Origin: a virus
Direction: 5' to 3' (one strand)
Length of the DNA stretch: 64,000 nucleotides
IMG/VR virus record: IMGVR_UViG_3300043427_001796
Shown here: positions 55,508-64,000 of the stretch, piece by piece
How positions within the stretch are numbered: the first letter of the stretch is position 1
How the letters are laid out: each line of letters begins with the position of its first letter
Translations under genes and position numbers: made by a program
The notes under the pieces: generated by a model
What the model was told of the DNA's origin: nothing
Database searches by the model: none
What the model saw: the letters and a program-made list of their open reading frames with translations, nothing else

Positions 55508-58500
55508 ATGGCACAAAATACTAACCTTAATGTATCTCCATATTATGACGATTTTGATGGAGATAAAAACTTTTATCGAGTCCTATTTCGTCCAGGAAGA
55601 CCTGTTCAAACTAGAGAGTTAACAACTCTCCAAAGTATCTTACAGGATCAAATTGAAAAATATGGGAATTACCAGTTCAAACAAGGGGAGCTGGTAATTC
55701 CTGGCGAGGTTGGTTTAAATACTAGATTAAATTATGTGAAATTGTCTTCAGTTTCTGAAGTTGCTGTAAATGTAAATGGACAAATTGAATTTAAAAAATA
55801 CGATATTAGTGGGTTAGAGGGAGAATTTTTAGTTGGATCAACATCCGGAGTTAGAGCTTTAGTTTTATCCAGCACTAAAGAAACCGATTCTAATTCTGAT
55901 ACTCTTTTTGTATCTTATGTTTCTAATGGAGATTCAAATACAGAGTCAACTTTCAGACAAGGAGAAACACTAGAAGTTCTAGACGGAGTAAACACTCCAA
56001 CATTAACTGTTGGAACAGATGGTGCAGTCCTACCAAATTTTATAACAATTGAAGATGTAGATACTGGAGAAACTAATGTAGTTCCTAGTCCAGCAATTGG
56101 ATTTGCATCTGGTGTTAAAATTGAGGAAGGAGTTTACTTTATTAATGGATTCTTTGTGAGAAATTCTCAGCAGTTAATTATTTTAGATCCATACAATAAT
56201 AAAGCATCTGGTAAAATTGCTTTTAATGTATTAGAAACTATAGTTACTCCTGAAGAAGATTCATCTTTATACGATAACTCTCGCGGAACTTCTAATTTTT
56301 CTGCCCCTGGTGGACACAGATTAAAAATAGAATTAATTGCAAAGAAATATTCTTATACTGAAATTTTAGATAAAAACAGTGTAGAATTAATTTCAATCAA
56401 AAATGGATTAGTTGAGAAAAAAATTAGACAGAAAGAATATAATCTTATCGAAGAGACTCTTGCAAGAAGAACTTACGATGAATCTGGAGATTATGTTGTA
56501 TCAGAATTTGGATTTGATATTAGAGAATACTACCAAAAAAATGATAATACTGGACTCTATAAATTAAATTCTAATACAAATTTAGTAAATGGATTAAGTG
56601 AAACTGAAGCTTCTTCAAAATTAATTGGAACGATTGGATCAGGAAAGGCATATGTCAAGGGATACGAATTAGTAAACAAAGAAACTAAGTATGTAACCAT
56701 TGATAAATCAAGAGATAGTATTACCAGACCTAATGTAACTATAAAAAATTCTGGTTATAGTTCATTTTACATTACAAATTTATATGGTTCCGTTCCTTTA
56801 AATGCAGAGGGTGTAGAACTTACTGCATATCCAAATGTATACATGTTTGGATCATTAAATGATGGAAATATTGGATTGAATGGATTAGAGAGTGATTATG
56901 CAAATTCTGTAGATTTGAGAGGTAAATTATTATCACAACAACCAAATAATATTGGACCTGGAGTTAATGCACCAGATTTAGATTTAACTCCAAGTAATAT
57001 TGGAGTAAAAACTATTTTAATAAATCCAAGTGTAGATTATTTGACTTATTCATCTACTTATACTCCTCCAGTAGGAAGTTATATTTACATCATCAAATCC
57101 GTTGGATTTGATGAGACTGCACAAGCAAGTAGAACACTTTTAGTAGAAAAGGTAAGAGTCATTTCTTCTGCTTTTGTGCAATCTAAAAAAGTTAATCCAT
57201 CAGGAAATTTTAATTATATAGAATTGAAAGTAGTTGGAAAGCGCGATGTAGTTGATTCGTTACTTAAAGAATATGATACTGAAGATCCTAATGTGCAAAG
57301 AAGAATTTTTATTAAAGAAAGTGACGCATTTGATATCAATGACACTTTACCCGGAGACTCAGTAAGAGCAAATTATTATTGGGGAACAATTGTAGATTAT
57401 ACAGAAACTTATTCACCTTTAATTGGTGTATGCAAACCAAGCAATATATCTTTTGTCGAAATTGGTCAAGGATTCAATCCCCTTAAAGATAAAGTAGCTT
57501 CAAGAGGAATATCTGCATCTGGTGAGGAAATCTATAATTCAATTTATAAGTTTGGATATTTTAATCCGGTATTTTTCACCAAAATAATACTGACTTCAAA
57601 TTTTTCAAATGGATTCGATGTTGGTAAGTATATTACTGGTTCTACTAGCGGTGCCTATGGAGTCGTAGAAGGCACTCCAGGTGGTTCATATAGTTCAACT
57701 AACACTTTACATATTAAAGTCCAGCAAGGTCAATTTGTAGAGGGAGAGACAATTGTAGATGAAGATGGTAATATTGCGAAAATTGCAAAGAGTAATACTT
57801 TATCACATTTTGTTGTCCATCAACAAGGATTTAACTACAATGCAAATTCTGTAATTGTAGTGAACGGAACTCAATTTGATAAATCAAAAATTTCTGTAAC
57901 TAGAGTATCTGGTGGTAATTCTATTGCTTACGTTAAAATTGAAGATGATATTGTGAGGGATGTCACATATGTAAATCCTCCACAAGTAAGTGTTACTGAG
58001 GGAACAGGATCATTAATAACTGCTGTATTGTTTAAAAATACGGTTCATACTTACAATGTTTCAGAAGTAAAATCTTTCTATTCTTCTTTTGGATCAGGTT
58101 CAGAAGGTCAAAATATTTTTACAGCGGATGTAGAAGTTTCAAATAATCTTTATTCAAATTTTCAAAATATTACAACTTCAACATTTAGTGGAACAAAAGG
58201 TTATGATTTCCTGGAAATAAACTCACTATCCGTTGATCTTGGTCAATTACTAAGACAGGGAGATATTGTTCAATATGTTGAAAATTCTGGTAAAGTGAGA
58301 AAGGCAGTTGTCGTTTATGCAACTTCCTCTAATACAAGTGTAAAATCTAGAGTTTATCTTGATGCTACGTTAAGAGATAATGTAACAAATTCAGTGCTTA
58401 CAAAAATATATTCCAGTGTTGAAAATCCAAACGCAAGTTCACTTATTTCATCTGGAACCACCGGAATATCCAGTATTGTAAAAGATATTACAGATTCAAA

Positions 58501-61500
58501 AATTACATATTATTTTAGAAGAGATTTTGTTGCAGAGGGATCTTCTTCTGGTGGTTCTTTGACTTTTGCTGCTCAACTTCCATTTGGAACTCAAAGATTT
58601 GTTTCTTTTAACAAAGAAAATTATATCATGTCAGTTCTATATCCAGGTAGTTCATCAACAGATAATTTATTCTTTAAATCTGGTGACATAGTTGAAATAA
58701 AACCAGAATATGTCACTATATCTGGTTCAACAGATGAGATTAGTGGTTTAGTTGCCGGATCTGCAACTATCACTTTCCCAGAAGAATATTTCGGCACGGA
58801 TATGACCGAGTATCCTAAGGTAAAATTAACAACGACAATTGAAGTATCTAAGGCAAAACCAAAATTAAAGACCGCAATAAAAAATAAAAGAATAGTAATT
58901 ACACCATCAAATGATAAAGTAATTCCTCTTAGAGGTCAGGATTACGATACTGGAGAACTTGCTATTCTATCGTATTCCGATGTCTATAAATTAAGATACA
59001 TTTATGAAGGAAGTTTGGTTTCTCCTCCCAAAGTAGATGCAAATGGAACTTTAATTGAAGGTAAAGATATCACAAGTAACTTTATCTTTGATGATGGGCA
59101 AAGACCATCATTCTATGACGTATCTAGAATTATTTTAAAGCCGGGAATCCAAGTTCCCACTGGCAAAATTGTTATTGGATTTGATTATTTTGAGCATTCT
59201 CAAGGAGAGTTTTGTTCTGTTGATTCCTATCTTCATGAATCTGGAGTCCCACTGGAAGAAATTCCATCTTATGAATCAGATAAAGGAAATATTTCTCTCA
59301 GAGATGTTATTGACTTTAGACCAAAAGTTGATAGTACAGTAGTTATTAGCGGATTTCAAAATAAAACTTTATTATCATCAAGTAATTACATTTCTTTTAA
59401 TGGCGCAGGCGGAGCTCCTTCAGTTAGCTTAGCAGCAGATTCAAATCTAGAATACTCAATTAAGTTTGATGAGACAAGTTATCTTGACAGAATTGACGCT
59501 CTATTCTTAAATAAGTCTGGCGAATTCTTTATCAAAAAAGGAACTTCATCAAAGAATCCAGCAAAACCAGATCTTGTTGATGATGCAATTCCCTTGAATT
59601 ACATATACATTCCAGCAATAACAGAAAATTCAAAAGATATTAAAATATTCCCAGTTGACAACAAACGCTACACAATGCGTGATATTGGAAAACTTGAAAA
59701 GCGTGTAGAGAGATTAGAATATTATACTTCATTAAGTATTCTTGAGCAGCAAACTTTGAACATGCAGATCAAAGATAGTTTTGGGTTTGATAAATTCAAA
59801 AGTGGATTTTTAGTTGATAACTTTGAATCTCATGGCGTGGGTAATGTTTCTTCTGATGAGTATAGATGTTCTATAGATCCACAACAATCTGTTCTGAGAC
59901 CGGAAGTATATGAAGATAATGTAAAATTAATTGAATCTAATTCCAAAGAAGTAGAAAGGCAACTAAATGGATATGTAAAAAATAATGACGTTGTGACTCT
60001 CCCATATGAATCTACGTATTTACTCGGAAACTCGTCTGCAACAGGGGTTGTGAATCCAAATCCATTTGTTGTGCTCCAATATGTTGGGGATTTAAATATA
60101 AATCCAGTTGTAGATAATTGGTATGATACAAATATTGTTCCGTTGGTCACAAATAACAATACTAATTTATTCAATATTTTTATATCAAAAGAAAATAAAC
60201 CGGAAGATGCGTATGCATCTATTCATAATTCATTCTTGATTAATTGGACTGGTGTAAATTCTGCGTTCAATTCAATTAACTCATTATCGACAAAAAATAC
60301 TCAAGAGGCAAGCTCAACTTCCGTTGAAGCACTAATTTCAAGTTCTTCAAATATAAGTCCAAATAACAACGAAGTTGCAAAAGGAGTTCCGACAAAATCA
60401 TCTGGCGAATTCTATGTTTGTTCTTCAGTTCAATTCTTTGTGAGATCCATTCCTGTAAAATTTGTAGTTACAAGAATGAAACCCAACACTGTATTATATC
60501 CCTTTATTGATGGAAGAGATGTTACAAGATGGACCATTCCAGATTCAAATTTTACAGGAATTCCATCTTCTTCACTAACTTCTTTTGGTGGTCCTATAGT
60601 AACCGACGATAATGGATCGGCAAGTGGAATCATTCTAATTCCTGCTGGATATCCTCCCAAGCAAGGAACAACTTGGAATGGGGATATTCTAGATGTTAGT
60701 TACGACACAACTGCAGAGAAAATTCATTTGGTTGCTGGTCAAAAGAATATCAGATTTACCTCTAGTAGCACTAATGCTGCTAAAGAAGAACTTAATACTT
60801 ATGCAGAAATTAATTACTATTCTAGAGGACTAAAACCAGAAAATCCACAATCAATTGTATCTACTCAACCTTCATATTTTAAATCAAATGAGGGCATTCA
60901 ATTTGTAGAAAGCAATACGGATAATTTAGTAAGACCGAATCCACTTTCGCAAACATTTAGAATTGAAAATTATGATGGAGGACTTTTTGTTACGGGATTA
61001 GATCTGTATTTCAATAAAAAAAGTCAAGTAATTCCAATTAAAATTTATTTGACTGATGTAAATGTTGGCAAACCTGGCAAGAACATTATTCCAGGTTCTG
61101 AGGTTGTTCTTCTATCTAAAACATATTTACAAGTTTATTCTTCAGGAAATATTTCTTTAAATATAAATGATAATTTAACCGGAGTAAAATCTGGTGCTGT
61201 TGGTCCAATTGAAAAAATTCTAGACAAGAATGGAATTGAAGTAACTTTATTTGGCGGTAAAACATATAATCTTACTAACGAACAAGTTTATACATTTGTA
61301 TTATCCAATCACAACGGCAAATCATTTGTTCAAGATGAATTATTGTCATCATCTTCAATTGTATCTTTTAATGCTACCAATAATACAAATGTTCAATTAA
61401 AAATTGCAAAGGATTCTGGAAAGGTTGTTTCATTTGAAGTAGAGCAGAGTGGATCAAATTATGAAGGTGCAATTATAACAATTGAAAGTCCTCAACTTCC

Positions 61501-63706
61501 TGGAGAAAGTATTGCAATTGCTAGTCCTTCAATTTTTGGAGGAATTATATACAATGTTGATGTCGCAACTCAAGGATCTGGATATACTAGTCCTCCATCT
61601 GTAGTAGTAAGAGGTATTGGTAATGGCGCTGGTGGAGCTTCGGTTAAAAGTATCATAGAAATTGATACTCCGGCAGTTAGAATGGGTGTTGCGGTTGATG
61701 ATGCCGATCAAATTTCTAAAATTCCAACCAATTTTAAATTTGATTATCCAGTTTACTTACAAAATGATACAAATTATGCAATACAAATAGAAACAGACTC
61801 TACTGAGTATAAATTGTGGTCTTCAAAACTTGGATCTCTTGATATTATTTCTGGGATACAAGTAAGTTCACAACCACTTATTGGATCATTATATAGATCT
61901 CAAAATACAGATACTTGGGTGGAAGATTCATTTGAAGATTTAAAATTTACGTTGACCAGGGCAAAATTCGATATTTCCAAAACAGCAACTTTAAAACTTG
62001 TTAATGAATCCCTACCATATCAAAAGTTAAAAGTAAATCCATTTGAAACAAGTTCGGCATCTAATAGTAATGCCACATCAGATTTATTCAAAGCAAATAA
62101 TTCTGTTGTCAAGGTAACACAAAGAAATCATGGATTTGAAGATACGGGACTTTCTCGCACATTCTTCAGGGGGGTTCAAGATTTCTCAGGAATCTCCGGA
62201 ACATCATTTAATAAAAAATTATATGCTATAGATTCTTGTGGCATAGATACATATACAATTATTTCTCCCACACAAGCAAGTCAAAGTGGATTTGGAGGGG
62301 GAACATCTATATACGCTACAAAACATGTCAAGTATGAGAAATTATACGCTGACATTGCTTATTTACAATCTCCAAAAACAAAAATTGAAACTGAAGTGAG
62401 AACTATTAATGTAGTTCCTGTAGATTCAAGAACTCAAAATTATCTTTCTTATAATATTTCAGATTTTGAAAAGACATTTTTAAATCAGGAACAATATTTT
62501 GAAACTCAAAAATTTGTTGCTTCATCAATAAATGAAGTTTTAAATGATACTGGAAAATCACTAACTTATAAATTATCGCTTTCTTCTGAAGTTGATTATT
62601 TATCTCCATTGATTGATTTACGTAATACAAGTGTAAAAACAACATCATCAAGAATTGATAACTCAACTGGTTATGAAGATAGATTTGGAAAGAGATATGA
62701 AGTTGTTAAATTTTGGCCAGTTTATACTTTTACAATTGATGCAATTGATATTAGTGAGGATCCAATTCAGGAAAATCAAACTCTCATAGGAAGATCTTCT
62801 AGTGCAGAAGGAACTATTGTAAATGTTTTTGGTAATGTAGTTACAGTTAGAATGAAAAATAATGGTGTGTTTGAAAGTGGCGAAGGATTAATATTTGGAA
62901 CTCAAAATGGATTTAACGATGATTTAAATATTAAAATTTCAAACTCTGAATTTATTTCTGTAGAATTTCCACCATTTGATTTAGATGATAATGTAGTTGC
63001 TTATAATGAAATTTCAAATATTAAGTATACAAATATTATCAATGGTGAGGTCATTTCTTGGGATAGTGCTACTGGAGAATTGGTGATTGGCGTAGAGAAG
63101 AAACCAATTAATAATAATTACACAAGTGCTTCTTTACCTGATGGTGACTATGCAAGAAATTCAAATATAGCAAATCAAGATGATGATATTTTTAGAGTGA
63201 ACGATTACATTTATACTATAAACCCAACAAAATCCAATATTCAACTTGGCAAAGAAAATTATTTTAAAATTAAATCTACAGAATTTAAATCTGGAGTTGA
63301 CTATAGATCTGATATTGAAACTACTATCACTTCCTCAATTTCAAAATATTTGACAAAGGATATATTGTTAAATATTCCAGCAACATCAATAGATGTTAGA
63401 TTAACCGCAAATATAACAGATTCATCAAATGTTATAGTAATGTATAAAATTCTTGGAAGTTCTTCTCAAGAAAATTTATCTGATATTAAGTGGAATTATT
63501 TACCAGCACATTTTGATGAAATTGAATTTAAGAGATCAAATTCTATTTCTGGGGTGTTTGAAAAGAGATCTGAATATAAAGAACTTAAATACTACATCAA
63601 TGATCTTGAGGAATTTAACAGATATGCAATTAAAATTATATTAAAATCCGACAACCCTAGTTTTTCTCCAAAAGTACAAGATTTAAGAGTTGTTGCTTCG
63701 ATCTGA
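55508..63706 (+). CDS. VrlC/DUF4815-like large virion structural protein (2732 aa)
   Basis: NLNVSPYYDDF...LFRPG..VQ.RELT.LQS, RTYDESGDY, NKRYTMRDIGKLEKR, KSGFLVDNF. Confidence 0.88.
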   Translation: MAQNTNLNVSPYYDDFDGDKNFYRVLFRPGRPVQTRELTTLQSILQDQIEKYGNYQFKQGELVIPGEVGLNTRLNYVKLSSVSEVAVNVNGQIEFKKYDISGLEGEFLVGSTSGVRALVLSSTKETDSNSDTLFVSYVSNGDSNTESTFRQGETLEVLDGVNTPTLTVGTDGAVLPNFITIEDVDTGETNVVPSPAIGFASGVKIEEGVYFINGFFVRNSQQLIILDPYNNKASGKIAFNVLETIVTPEEDSSLYDNSRGTSNFSAPGGHRLKIELIAKKYSYTEILDKNSVELISIKNGLVEKKIRQKEYNLIEETLARRTYDESGDYVVSEFGFDIREYYQKNDNTGLYKLNSNTNLVNGLSETEASSKLIGTIGSGKAYVKGYELVNKETKYVTIDKSRDSITRPNVTIKNSGYSSFYITNLYGSVPLNAEGVELTAYPNVYMFGSLNDGNIGLNGLESDYANSVDLRGKLLSQQPNNIGPGVNAPDLDLTPSNIGVKTILINPSVDYLTYSSTYTPPVGSYIYIIKSVGFDETAQASRTLLVEKVRVISSAFVQSKKVNPSGNFNYIELKVVGKRDVVDSLLKEYDTEDPNVQRRIFIKESDAFDINDTLPGDSVRANYYWGTIVDYTETYSPLIGVCKPSNISFVEIGQGFNPLKDKVASRGISASGEEIYNSIYKFGYFNPVFFTKIILTSNFSNGFDVGKYITGSTSGAYGVVEGTPGGSYSSTNTLHIKVQQGQFVEGETIVDEDGNIAKIAKSNTLSHFVVHQQGFNYNANSVIVVNGTQFDKSKISVTRVSGGNSIAYVKIEDDIVRDVTYVNPPQVSVTEGTGSLITAVLFKNTVHTYNVSEVKSFYSSFGSGSEGQNIFTADVEVSNNLYSNFQNITTSTFSGTKGYDFLEINSLSVDLGQLLRQGDIVQYVENSGKVRKAVVVYATSSNTSVKSRVYLDATLRDNVTNSVLTKIYSSVENPNASSLISSGTTGISSIVKDITDSKITYYFRRDFVAEGSSSGGSLTFAAQLPFGTQRFVSFNKENYIMSVLYPGSSSTDNLFFKSGDIVEIKPEYVTISGSTDEISGLVAGSATITFPEEYFGTDMTEYPKVKLTTTIEVSKAKPKLKTAIKNKRIVITPSNDKVIPLRGQDYDTGELAILSYSDVYKLRYIYEGSLVSPPKVDANGTLIEGKDITSNFIFDDGQRPSFYDVSRIILKPGIQVPTGKIVIGFDYFEHSQGEFCSVDSYLHESGVPLEEIPSYESDKGNISLRDVIDFRPKVDSTVVISGFQNKTLLSSSNYISFNGAGGAPSVSLAADSNLEYSIKFDETSYLDRIDALFLNKSGEFFIKKGTSSKNPAKPDLVDDAIPLNYIYIPAITENSKDIKIFPVDNKRYTMRDIGKLEKRVERLEYYTSLSILEQQTLNMQIKDSFGFDKFKSGFLVDNFESHGVGNVSSDEYRCSIDPQQSVLRPEVYEDNVKLIESNSKEVERQLNGYVKNNDVVTLPYESTYLLGNSSATGVVNPNPFVVLQYVGDLNINPVVDNWYDTNIVPLVTNNNTNLFNIFISKENKPEDAYASIHNSFLINWTGVNSAFNSINSLSTKNTQEASSTSVEALISSSSNISPNNNEVAKGVPTKSSGEFYVCSSVQFFVRSIPVKFVVTRMKPNTVLYPFIDGRDVTRWTIPDSNFTGIPSSSLTSFGGPIVTDDNGSASGIILIPAGYPPKQGTTWNGDILDVSYDTTAEKIHLVAGQKNIRFTSSSTNAAKEELNTYAEINYYSRGLKPENPQSIVSTQPSYFKSNEGIQFVESNTDNLVRPNPLSQTFRIENYDGGLFVTGLDLYFNKKSQVIPIKIYLTDVNVGKPGKNIIPGSEVVLLSKTYLQVYSSGNISLNINDNLTGVKSGAVGPIEKILDKNGIEVTLFGGKTYNLTNEQVYTFVLSNHNGKSFVQDELLSSSSIVSFNATNNTNVQLKIAKDSGKVVSFEVEQSGSNYEGAIITIESPQLPGESIAIASPSIFGGIIYNVDVATQGSGYTSPPSVVVRGIGNGAGGASVKSIIEIDTPAVRMGVAVDDADQISKIPTNFKFDYPVYLQNDTNYAIQIETDSTEYKLWSSKLGSLDIISGIQVSSQPLIGSLYRSQNTDTWVEDSFEDLKFTLTRAKFDISKTATLKLVNESLPYQKLKVNPFETSSASNSNATSDLFKANNSVVKVTQRNHGFEDTGLSRTFFRGVQDFSGISGTSFNKKLYAIDSCGIDTYTIISPTQASQSGFGGGTSIYATKHVKYEKLYADIAYLQSPKTKIETEVRTINVVPVDSRTQNYLSYNISDFEKTFLNQEQYFETQKFVASSINEVLNDTGKSLTYKLSLSSEVDYLSPLIDLRNTSVKTTSSRIDNSTGYEDRFGKRYEVVKFWPVYTFTIDAIDISEDPIQENQTLIGRSSSAEGTIVNVFGNVVTVRMKNNGVFESGEGLIFGTQNGFNDDLNIKISNSEFISVEFPPFDLDDNVVAYNEISNIKYTNIINGEVISWDSATGELVIGVEKKPINNNYTSASLPDGDYARNSNIANQDDDIFRVNDYIYTINPTKSNIQLGKENYFKIKSTEFKSGVDYRSDIETTITSSISKYLTKDILLNIPATSIDVRLTANITDSSNVIVMYKILGSSSQENLSDIKWNYLPAHFDEIEFKRSNSISGVFEKRSEYKELKYYINDLEEFNRYAIKIILKSDNPSFSPKVQDLRVVASI

Positions 63707-63906
63707 TGAATAATTATTATAAAGTTCAGGGTCACGAAAACCTTTACCGTGACCCTAATACTGGTGCTATTGTGAGCACAGAAAAACCAAATAGGAACAA
63801 GATAAAACAGCACTTAGATACAACTTCCACAGACATAAATAGTTTGAAGGAAGAAATAAGAGAACTCAAACTTCTGTTATTGGAGCACATTAAGAAACAT
63901 GGCTAA
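63706..63906 (+). CDS. small conserved protein (KVQGHENLYRD..TGAI)
   Basis: TGATG overlap; C-terminal coiled coil. Confidence 0.8.
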   Translation: MNNYYKVQGHENLYRDPNTGAIVSTEKPNRNKIKQHLDTTSTDINSLKEEIRELKLLLLEHIKKHG

Positions 63907-64000
63907 AAGAGAAGTAAAAAGATCATTTACGTTTGAACAACAACGCCAAGAAATCAATCTCCTAGCAGATGATTTGGGTGATAGAGCGCAACTTGATGCT
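63899..64000 (+). CDS. N-terminus of a fibre/fibritin-like structural protein (truncated)
   Basis: MAKREVKRSFTFEQQRQEIN; SD GGAG. Confidence 0.65.
   Translation, partial: MAKREVKRSFTFEQQRQEINLLADDLGDRAQLDA

Noticed and set aside
41716-63706. Inteins or group I introns in the giant ORFs
   Set aside because: Frames are continuous and no splice-junction or LAGLIDADG motifs were recognised by eye

Overview
This is a 64-kb segment of a T4-like cyanophage (cyanomyovirus), with essentially all genes on the + strand. From left to right: (1) the end of a tRNA cluster (Ala-TGC, Asn-GTT); (2) a late tail module with a 3259-aa virion protein, three tail-collar/HxH fibre proteins, a fibre chaperone and three 2OG-Fe(II) oxygenases; (3) a ~20-kb early/accessory region (16.5-36.8 kb) holding an SF2 helicase, CP12, PebS, a kinase-like protein, an endonuclease + methyltransferase pair, ParB-like, KTSC-like, ArdA-like and HicA-like genes and dozens of tiny ORFs, organised as cassettes headed by 14-15 copies of a palindromic GTGnCAS-N8-STGnCAC box at a fixed distance from a sigma70 -10 box; (4) a repeat-rich non-coding boundary at ~36.8 kb; (5) the baseplate module (PAAR, gp25, gp6, giant gp7-like, gp8, VrlC/DUF4815-like). 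The most striking observation is that both giant virion proteins contain repeated helical domains that align in register with phycobiliprotein subunits, including the Cys84-type CxRDIGY...GG motif and a Cys155-type C-terminal helix. The same window encodes the bilin synthase PebS, which suggests bilin-chromophorylated (possibly light-responsive) virions. All family assignments are by-eye motif recognition; no database searches were run.
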